From positions 20,763 through 84,762 of the forward strand of contig DVGT01000062.1 of NCBI GenBank assembly GCA_018712555.1: 64,000 nucleotides of DNA. The letters run 5' to 3'. The notes beneath the pieces are model-generated. The model saw only the letters and a program-made list of their open reading frames with translations, searched no databases and was not told the DNA's origin. This document shows positions 45,991 to 56,096 of the stretch, piece after piece (position 1 is the first letter of the stretch; every line of letters begins with the position of its first letter). The position numbers and the translations under genes are program-made. The DNA comes from Candidatus Faecimorpha stercoravium. GTDB lineage: Bacteria > Bacillota > Clostridia > Lachnospirales > Bianqueaceae.

Positions 45991-46302
45991 TCAATTCTCC
46001 TCCATTTTTTTCAATATGCTCCCTGCCAATCCGGTATCCGTTACCGCAACGCAGGAACGCTTTTCTTTACCAATGGCCCTTCCCAATCCTTCCTTATTAC
46101 AGGAAAGCTGATAAAAAGGCACATGGTAATACTCACTCTTATTCTTGAATTTCTTATATGTGTTTGCGGATACATCCTGGGCCACCACAACCAGCCTGGC
46201 CTTACCGCTCTTCAGCGCTTCCTCACACTGAAACTCGCCAGATACCGCCCGGCCGGCCTTGCTGGACAACCCGAGCATCTGCAGAATTCCTTGCTCATTC
46301 AC
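45991..46302 (-). CDS. ylxQ: L7Ae-family RNA-binding protein YlxQ
   Basis: 103 aa; LGLSSKAGRAVSG...ARLVVVAQDVS pattern. Lies between ylxR and infB. Confidence 0.8.
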   Translation of the reverse strand: MNEQGILQMLGLSSKAGRAVSGEFQCEEALKSGKARLVVVAQDVSANTYKKFKNKSEYYHVPFYQLSCNKEGLGRAIGKEKRSCVAVTDTGLAGSILKKMEEN

Positions 46303-46568
46303 TTTTGTCTGAACTCCTCTCGCAAGGTTTCCACGAGCTCCTTTGATACAGGAACCCCCAGGGAACGTTCAATTCCCTTATTCTGAATGGCCTTCTCCAG
46401 ACATTCTTGCTGATCGCAGATGTAAGCGCCGCGCCCGGACTTTTTTCCCGTACGATCCAAAGAAACATGTCCTTCGGGGTCCCTCACAATCCGAAGCATC
46501 TCCTTCTTACTCTTCATGGCCTGGCAGCCCGTACACTTCCGCAGTGGAACTTTTCTTTGTTTCAGCAT
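46299..46568 (-). CDS. ylxR: YlxR/DUF448 RNA-binding protein
   Basis: PLRKCTGCQAMKSKKEMLRIV ... GRGAYIC. Immediately downstream of nusA. Confidence 0.85.
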   Translation of the reverse strand: MLKQRKVPLRKCTGCQAMKSKKEMLRIVRDPEGHVSLDRTGKKSGRGAYICDQQECLEKAIQNKGIERSLGVPVSKELVETLREEFRQK

Positions 46569-46590
46569 GCCATATCTCCTTTATACCCGC

Positions 46591-47682
46591 TTAATCGTCT
46601 TCGTCATCAAAGGGAGGCACGAAGTAATCATCCTCCTCTTCATCCATGATGACACGTCCCAGCGTACCACTCTTGATATCAATACGATATCCGGTAAGAC
46701 GGGCCGCCAGACGCGCGTTCTGCCCATCTTTGCCGATAGCCAAGGAAAGCTGATTCTCAGGTACGGTCACAGACGCCATGAAGTTCTCTGGATCCACATC
46801 GACTCGCAGCACCTGCGCTGGAGAAAGAGCGGCCGCAATATATACATCCGGCTGTTCGTTCCATACCACGATATCTACCTTCTCACCAGACAGCTCATTG
46901 ACCACAGCATTGACACGGTCTCCATTGGGACCTACACAAGCGCCCAACGGATCTACCTGCGGATCCTTACTCATGACCGCCAGTTTGCTCCTGGAACCGG
47001 GCTCTCTTGCGATATTCTTGATCTGTACAATTCCCTCGTGAATCTCCGGCACTTCCTGCTCAAACAGGCGCTTCACCAGTTCAGGATGCGTCCGGGATAC
47101 CAGAATCTGCGGGCCCTTGGGCGTATTACGCACTTCCACCACATAGACCTTAATAATCTGATTCTGCTTATACTCTTCGCCGGGAATCTGTTCCGCAGGA
47201 CTCAGAAGCGCTTCCGTTCGGCCCAGGTTGATGTATACGTTCTTCTTCTCTTTCCGCTGAATCATGCCGGAGACCATCTCGCGCTCTTTCCCCTTATACT
47301 CTCCATAGATGATATTGCGCTCCGCTTCCCGGATCTTCTGCACTACCACCTGCTTGGCATTCTGTGCGGCAATCCGTCCAAAATTTCTTGGGGTCACTTC
47401 CACATCCACCACATCTCCGATCTGAAGAGCCGGATTGATCTGCTGCGCCTTTTCCAAACTGATCTCCAGATTATCGTCCTGCGGTACATCCACCACGTTT
47501 TTCTGTGCCCATACCTTCACCGTGCCATCCTTTCGGTTCAGATCCACCTTGATATTCTGGGAGGTTCCGAAATTCTTACGGCAAGCTGATACCAGCGAAG
47601 CCTCCAGGGCCTCATATACGACCTCTTTGTCGATTCCCTTTTCCCGCTGGAGTTCCTCCAGGGCCATTACAAAATCATTCAT
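46591..47682 (-). CDS. nusA: Transcription termination/antitermination factor NusA
   Basis: 363 aa with N-terminal domain, S1 and two KH regions. rimP-nusA synteny. Confidence 0.95.
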   Translation of the reverse strand: MNDFVMALEELQREKGIDKEVVYEALEASLVSACRKNFGTSQNIKVDLNRKDGTVKVWAQKNVVDVPQDDNLEISLEKAQQINPALQIGDVVDVEVTPRNFGRIAAQNAKQVVVQKIREAERNIIYGEYKGKEREMVSGMIQRKEKKNVYINLGRTEALLSPAEQIPGEEYKQNQIIKVYVVEVRNTPKGPQILVSRTHPELVKRLFEQEVPEIHEGIVQIKNIAREPGSRSKLAVMSKDPQVDPLGACVGPNGDRVNAVVNELSGEKVDIVVWNEQPDVYIAAALSPAQVLRVDVDPENFMASVTVPENQLSLAIGKDGQNARLAARLTGYRIDIKSGTLGRVIMDEEEDDYFVPPFDDEDD

Positions 47683-47703
47683 TTTGACGATCTCCTCCTA
47701 TCA

Positions 47704-48189
47704 TTAGAATATCACGGCCAAACGAATCCCGGCCAGCTCTTTGCGATTCCATATGCTAATTGCTTCATCCTCATCCGCAAGCGTCACTTCCTGCTTCTGT
47801 GGATCATAGGACACCAGCTTTGCGGTAAACTCCCGCTCCCCTGCAAATGCGCCCTCCTTATGAGGCGTATATAACTTCACCTCAACCAGCTTACCTATGC
47901 TGCGGACAAAATCCTTATCTTTTTTGAGCGGACGGTCTAAGCCTGGTGAGCTTACTTCCAAGATATAAGGAATGTCAATAGGATCCGCCTTCTCCAGCTG
48001 CTCATCCAGATAATGACTGGTATCCACGCAGTCATTGATGGAAAAGCCGCCTTCCTTATCGCCGAAGACCTTCAGATACCAATTGGATCCTTCCTTGACG
48101 AAATCCACATCCACGATCTCATATCCCCGCTCGGCCGCAAAGGGCTTGAGGCATTCTTCCACCAACTGAATCATTTCTGCTTTCTTCAT
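47704..48189 (-). CDS. rimP: Ribosome maturation factor RimP
   Basis: 161 aa; YILEVSSPGLDRPLK motif. Confidence 0.9.
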   Translation of the reverse strand: MKKAEMIQLVEECLKPFAAERGYEIVDVDFVKEGSNWYLKVFGDKEGGFSINDCVDTSHYLDEQLEKADPIDIPYILEVSSPGLDRPLKKDKDFVRSIGKLVEVKLYTPHKEGAFAGEREFTAKLVSYDPQKQEVTLADEDEAISIWNRKELAGIRLAVIF

Positions 48190-48221
48190 ACAATCACCTC
48201 ACTTACACCGCCTGTATCCGG

Positions 48222-48254
48222 CTTACAACAAATGAGAGCGGGTCACCCCACTCT
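48222..48254 (-). promoter_or_regulatory. Terminator-like hairpin in the rimP-nusA leader (candidate attenuator)
   Basis: Minus-strand RNA GAGAGUGGG-GUGA-CCCGCUCUC (9 bp including one U-G pair, GNRA loop), followed by AUUUGUUGU. It lies between the promoter and the rimP ATG. Confidence 0.45.
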
Positions 48255-48280
48255 CTAAAACTTAACTCATACACTGTATT

Positions 48281-48309
48281 AGTATAGCACTATCCCCCAA
48301 TAAATGCAA
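48281..48309 (-). promoter_or_regulatory. Sigma-A type promoter of the rimP-nusA-infB operon
   Basis: Minus strand TTGCAT (48309-48304), 17-nt spacer, TATACT (48286-48281). Confidence 0.6.
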
Positions 48310-48402
48310 GAGATTTTAAAAAAATTCTGATTTTCTCTTGACCTTATAGTTGCTATATGGTTTATCCTTAGGACAGTGGGAAATCCACAAAGGAGGTTTA
48401 TC

Positions 48403-49056
48403 ATGTTTAAGCGTACCGTGGACTCCTGGATACAGCGGCTGAAGGAGGGCATCACGCCTTCTATGATCTTTTTCATCATTCTCGGTTCCGCCATCTGTAC
48501 CTTCGGTGTCCACAATATTCATCAGCAAACTCATATTACCGAGGGAGGGTTGATCGGCACTATGCTGCTCATCGAGCATTGGCTAGGGCTGCCGCCTTCC
48601 GTCATCACACCGATCCTGGATATATCCGGATATCTTCTGGCTTATAAGTATCTGGGCGGACGCTTCATCAAGATCTCAGCGATCTCTACGCTTTGCGTCT
48701 CCCTGTTTTATGAATTCTGGGAGCTCTTTCCGCCGATACTGCCAAATCTATCTGCCTATCCTCTTGCCGCCGCAATCCTAGGCGGTCTCCTAGTGGGAGG
48801 GGGCGCCGGTATCGTCGTGAGGCAAGGCGGTTCCAGCGGCGGCGATGATGCGCTAGCCCTGACTCTATCTCATGTGACTCATTGGAGGCTTTCCAAGGCA
48901 TATCTTATCATTGATTTGGTTGTCTTAGGTCTCTCCCTCAGCTATATTCCTTTCTCGAATATTGTATTTTCCATCGCGACCGTCATCGTATCTTCCAACG
49001 CGATTGATTGGGTACAGCGCGTTCAATGGAAACGGAAAGCAGACATCAGAATCTGA
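48403..49056 (+). CDS. YitT/YczE-like integral membrane protein
   Basis: Multi-TM protein with GGSSGGDD motif. RBS AGGAGG at 48391-48396 precedes the ATG at 48403. Confidence 0.7.
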   Translation: MFKRTVDSWIQRLKEGITPSMIFFIILGSAICTFGVHNIHQQTHITEGGLIGTMLLIEHWLGLPPSVITPILDISGYLLAYKYLGGRFIKISAISTLCVSLFYEFWELFPPILPNLSAYPLAAAILGGLLVGGGAGIVVRQGGSSGGDDALALTLSHVTHWRLSKAYLIIDLVVLGLSLSYIPFSNIVFSIATVIVSSNAIDWVQRVQWKRKADIRI

Positions 49057-49073
49057 TTTCATATTCTGATGCA

Positions 49074-49117
49074 AAAAAAGACAAAGTCCCTCTCAAAACA
49101 GGACTTTGTCTTTTTTA
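49074..49117. terminator. Bidirectional terminator between the yitT-like gene and polC
   Basis: AGACAAAGTCC / GGACTTTGTCT perfect arms, flanked by AAAAAAA and TTTTTT. Confidence 0.75.
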
Positions 49118-49120
49118 TGT

Positions 49121-52100
49121 TTAAAACAGGCTCATCTGCATGGATTCCGGCATGCCGTCCAGGATATGAAGCCTCCGCATCTGTTCCAGCGTGGTCTTAG
49201 ATACCTTGGCCCGCGTACAAAAAACATCAATGGTTCGGAACTCTCCTTCTTCCCGAGCGTCCACAATGGCCTTCGCCGCGGTGGCACCCATGCCGTTTAG
49301 CGAGGTAAACGGCGGAATGAGATGTCCCTCCTCGGACAGTTTGAAACGATCGGCGCCGGATTTTTCCAGACTGATCGGTTCAAACTGAATCCCTCGGCAA
49401 TACGCCTCGATGACCAGTTCCAGCGTGGTGATCATATCCTTTTCCTTTTCCGTGGCCTCCTTACCCAGCGCTTCCAATCGCGCTTTCTCGTTCCTGGCCA
49501 CATCCTCGCCCTGGCACATGAGTTCATAATCGAATCCCTTCGCACGAATGCTGAAGAAGGCCGCGTAATAGGCTTCTTTATAGAACACCTTATAATAAGC
49601 GACTCGAAGAGCCATCATCACATAGGCCGTCGCATGCCCCTTCGGGAAGAGGTACTTGATCTTCTGACAGGACTTAATATACCACTCCGGCACGCCCGCC
49701 TCCCGCATGGCCTGCTCATCCTCCGGCTTCAATCCCTTTCCTTTTCGAACCGCTTCCATGGTCTTGAAGGAATACAGATTGTCCATATGATGCCGAATCA
49801 GATAGGTCATGATATCATCCCGGGTACAGATGACCTCCGAAATCGTGGCCACATGATCCCGGATCAGATCCTGCGCATTATTATTCCACACATCGGTTCC
49901 GTGCGAAAGGCCGGATATGCGCACCAGATCCGAAAAGCACTGCGGCTTCGTATCCACCAGCATCTGCCGGACGAATCGCGTGCCAAATTCCGGGACTCCA
50001 TAGGTGCCCACGGGGCTGCCGATCTGTTCCGGTGTGACGCCCAGCGCCTCCGTCCCCAAAAAGAGGGACAACACCTCTTTATTATCGACTGGAATCGTGG
50101 TCGCATCTACCCCCGTCAGATCCATGAGCATACGGATCATCGTCGGGTCATCGTGCCCCAGAATATCCAGCTTCAAAAGACGTCCATGCAGCTGATGATA
50201 ATCGAAATGCGTCGTGATCGTGCCTGTCTCCGCCTTGTTGGCCGGATACTGCACCGGGCAGAACTGATAGATGCTGTACCCCTTGGGCACAACCATCTGA
50301 CCGCCGGGATGCTGTCCCGTGGTGCGCCGCACGCCTGTGCAGCCCGCCACCAATCGATTGATCTCCGCCCGATTGAGGCGCATATGATGCTCATCGACAT
50401 ACTTCTTCACATAGCCGTAGGCTGTCTTATCCGCCAAGCCGCCCATAGTCCCCGCGCGGAACACCTGCGTCTTTCCGAAGAGTTCTTCCGTAAAGGCATG
50501 CGCCCTGGGCTGATATTCTCCTGAGAAATTCAGGTCGATATCCGGCTCCTTATCCCCGTCGAACCCCAGGAAGGTCTCGAAGGGAATATCATGTCCTTCC
50601 TTCATGAGCATGCTGCCGCAATGGGGGCAGACCTTATCCGGCAAGTCAAATCCCGATTTGCCGGCATTGGCCCTGATCTCCTCTGAATCAAACTCGCTGT
50701 ACTTACATTCTTTGCAGTAGTAGTGAGGTTTCAGCGGATTCACTTCCGTGATCCCCGCCATGGTCGCCACAAAGGAAGATCCCACGGATCCTCGGGAACC
50801 TACCACATATCCATCCGCATTGGAATGCCATACCAGTCGCTGTGCGATGATATACAAACTGGCAAATCCATTCTTGATGATGGAGGTCAGCTCCCGATCC
50901 AGACGTGCCTGAACCGGTTCGGGCAGCGGGTCTCCATAGATACTCTTCGCCTTATTATGTGTGATCTCCACCAGCTCATCATTGGCGCCGGGAATCTCCG
51001 GCGTGAAAGTACCGTCCGGAATCGGCTTAATCTTCTCGATCTTCTCACTGATCATGACTGGATTGTCGATGACCACCTTGCGCGCCATCTCCTCTCCCAG
51101 ATAACTGAATTCCTCCAGCATCTCTTCCGTCGTTCTGAGGTAGAGCGGCGCCTGCTGATCTGCATCGTCAAACCCTTTTCCCTTCAGAATGATCTTTCGA
51201 TAGATGCCGTCTTCCGGGTTCATGAAATGGACATCGCAGGTCGCGACCACAGGCTTGTGATACTGTTCTCCCAACTCTATGATCCTGCGGTTGATATCCT
51301 TCAGCGCCTCCATGTCCGGCACCGTATGATCGCGTACCATGAACTCATTGTTGCAGAGCGGCTGAATCTCCAAATAGTCATAATAATTGACCAGATTCTC
51401 GATGACCTCCGGCCCATCGTTATCCAGTACCGCCTGATAGAGTTCACCCGCTTCACAGGCCGTTCCCAGAAGCAGTCCCTCCCGCAGGCGATTCAGCTCC
51501 GACTTGGGAATCCGCGGCACCCGGTAGAAATACTGCAGATGCGCGATGGAAATGAGCTCATACAGATTCCGGAGTCCGGTCAGATTCTGTACCAGAATGA
51601 TGGCGTGATGCGCCCGGAGACGCTTCACATCCACTCTCGCCATAATAAACGGATTGATGTCCGAAAGCTTCTCCACGTTCTGCTCCGCAAGCTCCAGGAG
51701 GCAGCGCTTGAAGATCTCCGCCGTCGCCCCGGCATCGTCCACGGCCCTGTGGTGGTTCTCCAGAGAGATTCCCAGGTGTTTACAAACTGCATCCAGCGTG
51801 TATCGCTTAAGCTGATTATACAGTCCCCGCGCCAGCGCCAGCGTATCCACTACCGTGAAGGAAAGATCTCCTAGCCCCAGATCCCGGGCCTTGGTTTCTA
51901 TAAAACCAGAATCGAAGCCCGCATTATGGGCCACCCAGACCGCGCCCTCACAGAACTGCAGAAACTGTGGAAGCGCCTCTTCGATCGAAGGCGCATCCTG
52001 CACCTGTTCATCGGTGATGCTGGTCAGCTCGGTGATCTTCTCCGGAATCGGCATGCCAGGATTCACAAAGGTGCTGAACGTATCCACCGTCTCCCCATTC

Positions 52101-53887
52101 TGCACCTTGACGGCACCGATCTCGATGATGTGATCCCGTTCCTTATTAAATCCTGTGGTCTCGATATCGAAAACGACAAAAGGCACTGAGAAATCCTGTC
52201 CCTGTTCTCGCCGCACCGCCTCCTGCAGATCGTCTACCAGATAGGCTTCTACTCCGTATATCACCTTGATTGGCAGTTTTTCCGCTGCTTCCATCGCTTC
52301 CGGGAAGCCCTGTACTACGCCATGGTCAGTGATCGCCACCGCAGGATGTCCCCAACGAGCGGCCTGCTGCACCAGCTCCGTCGGTGAAGAAACAGCATCC
52401 ATTTCGCTCATTTTCGTATGCATATGCAGTTCTACCCGCTTCACCGGCGCGTTGTCTTCCCGCTGCGGCTTAATAACACTCTTCCGCCGCCGGATCGCCT
52501 TCGCCTGCAGGATCCTGTGATCCCCCTTGTAATCATCCTGCATCTCGCCATAGACCTCCAGGCCCTTTCCTGCCTTCAGATCCGAGGCAATCACTTTATA
52601 CCTCTCCTTGTCCACCTTGGCATATACGGGTATGGAACCGGTATAATCCGTGATGTCTATGATGAGCGACATATTGCCCGACCGGTCCTCATTGGCCTCA
52701 TGCAGGATCACATCGCCCTGTACCGTTACCATGCCGCTGACCGCCTCGATATTGCGCAGCGGTCGTTCATTCTGTGCCTCAAAGGGCGTCCCGATGATCA
52801 TCTGATCCATCGCCGCCTTCACATCCGGATCAATTGGATACTCCTCCTGGCACAGGGTGATATGATTGGCAATCAGCGTCACCGCATGAAGGTAGTCATC
52901 CTGCTTGGCCGTTCCCTTCACCATGAGCGTTACGCCATTTATGATCTTCTCTCCCCATTTCTCGTAATCCTCATTCGGTACAAAAGCCTTGACAATGGCT
53001 TCCTTCTGATAATCGGTCAATGTGAGCTGCAACAAGGTCTTTTCTCCCTTGATCTCCCGCTCGCTTTTCGCCGATACAATACCGTGCAATACATAGCGCT
53101 TCTTGTCCTCCAGCGGATCCAGCTCGCCGATCTTACCGGTAATGCGCCGCCCCAGAAGAATCTGATCCTCCGGCATCTCTTCCTTCTCGGGCTCATCCAT
53201 CTCCGGCATTCCCGAACCCCAGTTATCCACAGGATCGTCCCAGGGAAGCTCACCTGGCTCCACCATGGCCTGGCTCTGCGGCTCCATCTGTTCTTCTGGC
53301 GCTGGAACATTCTGCGCCAGCATCTTTCGCAAAATGCTTTCTTCTCTTTTTTTACGCTCCTCTTCCTGCTGCTGTATCAGATCCGGCGTCTCTGCTTCCT
53401 CTTGCAGATGGATCTGCGTATGGCTTCCCGTAATCTGCCGCATATCTGCCTCAAGCCGCTGAAGAATCCCGCTGTGCCGAAGCAGTCTCGCCTGAGACGC
53501 CGGCAATTTGATTTCTACTTGTCCCGCTCTGCAGGCCGATCTTTTCGGGGATGACAGAATGGACACCAACATCGGATGCAGATGACGCTCCGTATCCAAC
53601 GCCATATCCCAGGCATCCTCCCAGATATCCTCCTGGTTCTTCGGTTTATATTGAACCTCCAGAGAGACGCGAAGCTGATCCTGCATTCCCTCCTGAATGG
53701 CCCCCTGCAGGGTATTACACCAGACCGGCGAGAACAGATGACTTGTCTTGGTCTGAATGCACATCACGCGTTCCTGCCGCTTGACGCGAATTTCCTGTAC
53801 TTCAAGAAGAGAGGCAAGCTCTAACTGCCCCTCATCTTCAATCCACTTGCCAAAATAATCCTCCACTGTTCGTTTCTGTGCTTGCAT
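49121..53887 (-). CDS. polC: DNA polymerase III PolC-type alpha subunit
   Basis: 1588 aa. PHP HMHTKMSEMDA, exonuclease FVVFDIETTGF, polymerase core. Carries an acidic insertion at residues ~161-241. Confidence 0.95.
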   Translation of the reverse strand: MQAQKRTVEDYFGKWIEDEGQLELASLLEVQEIRVKRQERVMCIQTKTSHLFSPVWCNTLQGAIQEGMQDQLRVSLEVQYKPKNQEDIWEDAWDMALDTERHLHPMLVSILSSPKRSACRAGQVEIKLPASQARLLRHSGILQRLEADMRQITGSHTQIHLQEEAETPDLIQQQEEERKKREESILRKMLAQNVPAPEEQMEPQSQAMVEPGELPWDDPVDNWGSGMPEMDEPEKEEMPEDQILLGRRITGKIGELDPLEDKKRYVLHGIVSAKSEREIKGEKTLLQLTLTDYQKEAIVKAFVPNEDYEKWGEKIINGVTLMVKGTAKQDDYLHAVTLIANHITLCQEEYPIDPDVKAAMDQMIIGTPFEAQNERPLRNIEAVSGMVTVQGDVILHEANEDRSGNMSLIIDITDYTGSIPVYAKVDKERYKVIASDLKAGKGLEVYGEMQDDYKGDHRILQAKAIRRRKSVIKPQREDNAPVKRVELHMHTKMSEMDAVSSPTELVQQAARWGHPAVAITDHGVVQGFPEAMEAAEKLPIKVIYGVEAYLVDDLQEAVRREQGQDFSVPFVVFDIETTGFNKERDHIIEIGAVKVQNGETVDTFSTFVNPGMPIPEKITELTSITDEQVQDAPSIEEALPQFLQFCEGAVWVAHNAGFDSGFIETKARDLGLGDLSFTVVDTLALARGLYNQLKRYTLDAVCKHLGISLENHHRAVDDAGATAEIFKRCLLELAEQNVEKLSDINPFIMARVDVKRLRAHHAIILVQNLTGLRNLYELISIAHLQYFYRVPRIPKSELNRLREGLLLGTACEAGELYQAVLDNDGPEVIENLVNYYDYLEIQPLCNNEFMVRDHTVPDMEALKDINRRIIELGEQYHKPVVATCDVHFMNPEDGIYRKIILKGKGFDDADQQAPLYLRTTEEMLEEFSYLGEEMARKVVIDNPVMISEKIEKIKPIPDGTFTPEIPGANDELVEITHNKAKSIYGDPLPEPVQARLDRELTSIIKNGFASLYIIAQRLVWHSNADGYVVGSRGSVGSSFVATMAGITEVNPLKPHYYCKECKYSEFDSEEIRANAGKSGFDLPDKVCPHCGSMLMKEGHDIPFETFLGFDGDKEPDIDLNFSGEYQPRAHAFTEELFGKTQVFRAGTMGGLADKTAYGYVKKYVDEHHMRLNRAEINRLVAGCTGVRRTTGQHPGGQMVVPKGYSIYQFCPVQYPANKAETGTITTHFDYHQLHGRLLKLDILGHDDPTMIRMLMDLTGVDATTIPVDNKEVLSLFLGTEALGVTPEQIGSPVGTYGVPEFGTRFVRQMLVDTKPQCFSDLVRISGLSHGTDVWNNNAQDLIRDHVATISEVICTRDDIMTYLIRHHMDNLYSFKTMEAVRKGKGLKPEDEQAMREAGVPEWYIKSCQKIKYLFPKGHATAYVMMALRVAYYKVFYKEAYYAAFFSIRAKGFDYELMCQGEDVARNEKARLEALGKEATEKEKDMITTLELVIEAYCRGIQFEPISLEKSGADRFKLSEEGHLIPPFTSLNGMGATAAKAIVDAREEGEFRTIDVFCTRAKVSKTTLEQMRRLHILDGMPESMQMSLF

Positions 53888-53893
53888 AAAGGC

Positions 53894-54970
53894 TCAACTC
53901 TCCTCTTTCGCGTCCTGTTCCAATTGTCTTGCTTCCTGCACCAAGGCCGCAAGAAGCTGATCTTCCGGCACCTTATACAGGATCTCTCCTTTTTTGAAGA
54001 TCAGCCCTTCTCCGTTTCCGCCGGCAATCCCAAGGTCGGCCTCTCGCGCCTCCCCCGGTCCGTTCACCACGCAGCCCATGACTGCGATGCGGATAGGCAG
54101 CGTCAGATCGGCCAGGGCTTCCTGCACCTGTTTCGCCAGTTTCACCAGGTCAATGGAAGTTCTGCCGCAAGTCGGGCAGGAGATAAACTCCGGTCCAAAA
54201 CGGCGAAGTCCCGCAAATGTCAGGATCTTCCTGGCAGTACGTACTTCTTCTACCGGATCATCCGTCAGAGAGACCCGCAGGGTATCCCCAATTCCCGCAT
54301 GGAGCATGATCCCGAGTCCCATGGCGGATTTGACTGCGCCGTCAAACAGCGTCCCCGCCTCCGTCACGCCCAGATGCAGCGGATAGGGATATTTTTCCGC
54401 AAAGGCCAGATAGGCATCCGCACAAAGATTTAAATGGGAGGCCTTCAAAGATACTACAATGTCCGTAAAATCAAATTGTTCCAACAAGCGTACGTTTTCT
54501 TCGGCGCTCTCTACCAGCGCTTCCACCGTGGGGCCTCCATATTTGGCCACCAGGTCTTTCCGCAAAGACCCCGCGTTCACACCGATGCGAATCGGTACGT
54601 GATGCGCCTTACAGACATCTACTACCGCCTTGATACGGTCTTCGGAACCGATATTGCCCGGATTGATCCGAATCTTATCCGCGCCATGTTCTACGGCCGC
54701 GATCGCCAGGCGATAATCGAAATGAATATCGGCCACGAGCGGAATCGAGATATTTTCTTTGATCTTCCAGAAGGCTTCCGCCGACTCCATATCCGGCACC
54801 GTCGCTCGAATGATCTCACAGCCGGCCTCTTCCAGCGCGTGGATCTGACGAATCGTCGCCTCCGCATCCTTCGTTTTGGTATTCGTCATAGACTGAATCC
54901 AAATCGGCGCACCGCCTCCTAAGGGCAGTTTTCCCACACGAATCTGTTTTGTTTTCTCTCGTGTATACAT
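53894..54970 (-). CDS. ispG: 4-hydroxy-3-methylbut-2-en-1-yl diphosphate synthase
   Basis: 358 aa GcpE family. C-terminal Fe-S Cys residues (CPTCGRT ... GCVVNGPGE). Confidence 0.93.
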   Translation of the reverse strand: MYTREKTKQIRVGKLPLGGGAPIWIQSMTNTKTKDAEATIRQIHALEEAGCEIIRATVPDMESAEAFWKIKENISIPLVADIHFDYRLAIAAVEHGADKIRINPGNIGSEDRIKAVVDVCKAHHVPIRIGVNAGSLRKDLVAKYGGPTVEALVESAEENVRLLEQFDFTDIVVSLKASHLNLCADAYLAFAEKYPYPLHLGVTEAGTLFDGAVKSAMGLGIMLHAGIGDTLRVSLTDDPVEEVRTARKILTFAGLRRFGPEFISCPTCGRTSIDLVKLAKQVQEALADLTLPIRIAVMGCVVNGPGEAREADLGIAGGNGEGLIFKKGEILYKVPEDQLLAALVQEARQLEQDAKEES

Positions 54971-54995
54971 CCTTCACACTCCGATTTCCATAGAT

Positions 54996-56081
54996 TTACG
55001 CAAACAGTCTCACAATATCCTGATATGCCACAAACAACATCAGAAGCATCAAAAGCAGAAAGCCTACCGTATAGATTCCATTTTCCAGCTGTGGCGACAA
55101 AGGTTTCTTCCGAATCCCTTCCAGGGCCAGAAATATCAGACGGCTTCCATCCAGCGCCGGAATCGGAAACAGATTCATGACGCCCATATTCACGGATAAA
55201 AGCGCTGTTAAGCTCAGCACATTCAGAATGCCGGCCCAGATATCCACCTGCGCCCCGACACTGTAGGATTCGCCTACGACGCTGACGATTCCAATCGGGC
55301 CCATCATATTGTTAAAGGATACCTGCCCTGTGATGAGCTGCACCACACTGCGGATAACCACCTCCACGTCTCCTACCATCTGCCAGAAAGACTGGGCAAT
55401 CGTATTCCAGATCACCTCTGGAAGCACACCGATTCCCTCCTCTGCAAGGATTTCTCCCCAACTCTGACTGCGACCTTCCGCCGTGATCCCAATCCGATAC
55501 CGTTCCAATTCTTCGTCGTATTGCGGTGTGATCGTGACGGTACTCCTCGTGCCATCTGTCTTCTCAACTGTGATCTCCACCGGTACATCCTGTACATCCA
55601 TCAATGCATACTGCAGGTCCTGAAGAATGTGCACCGATTCGCCGTTGATCCTCACGATCCGATCTCCCACCTCAAGGCCGGCTGCTTCCGCACCGTATCC
55701 CGCGTCTAAAGCGCCGATCACTGTCGTCGTATATCCGGTGGAAGCAATCACCACAATCCCCAAGATAAAAGCCGTCAGAATATTCATGAGCGGCCCTGCC
55801 GCCACAATCGTCATGCGGGCCCAGACGGACTTCCCGGAAAAAGAACCTTCTCCCTCCACCTGTTCCGTCTCGCCCAACATCTGACAGTATCCGCCGATGG
55901 GGAAAACCCGCCAGGAAAACACGGTTCCTGTCTTCTTCGATGTATGACTTATGATCTTGGGCCCCATACCCAGCGCAAACTCCTGTACGAAAACCCCATG
56001 CGCACGAGCCGCAATAAAATGTCCCCATTCATGAATCAAGATCATGAAACCAAACACCAGTATGGCGATGATGATCCCCAA
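54996..56081 (-). CDS. rseP: RIP zinc metalloprotease RseP/YluC
   Basis: HEWGH motif in the first TM, central PDZ-like region, C-terminal NLFPIPALDG. Confidence 0.9.
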   Translation of the reverse strand: MGIIIAILVFGFMILIHEWGHFIAARAHGVFVQEFALGMGPKIISHTSKKTGTVFSWRVFPIGGYCQMLGETEQVEGEGSFSGKSVWARMTIVAAGPLMNILTAFILGIVVIASTGYTTTVIGALDAGYGAEAAGLEVGDRIVRINGESVHILQDLQYALMDVQDVPVEITVEKTDGTRSTVTITPQYDEELERYRIGITAEGRSQSWGEILAEEGIGVLPEVIWNTIAQSFWQMVGDVEVVIRSVVQLITGQVSFNNMMGPIGIVSVVGESYSVGAQVDIWAGILNVLSLTALLSVNMGVMNLFPIPALDGSRLIFLALEGIRKKPLSPQLENGIYTVGFLLLMLLMLFVAYQDIVRLFA

Positions 56082-56096
56082 TCCGTTCCCACCTTT

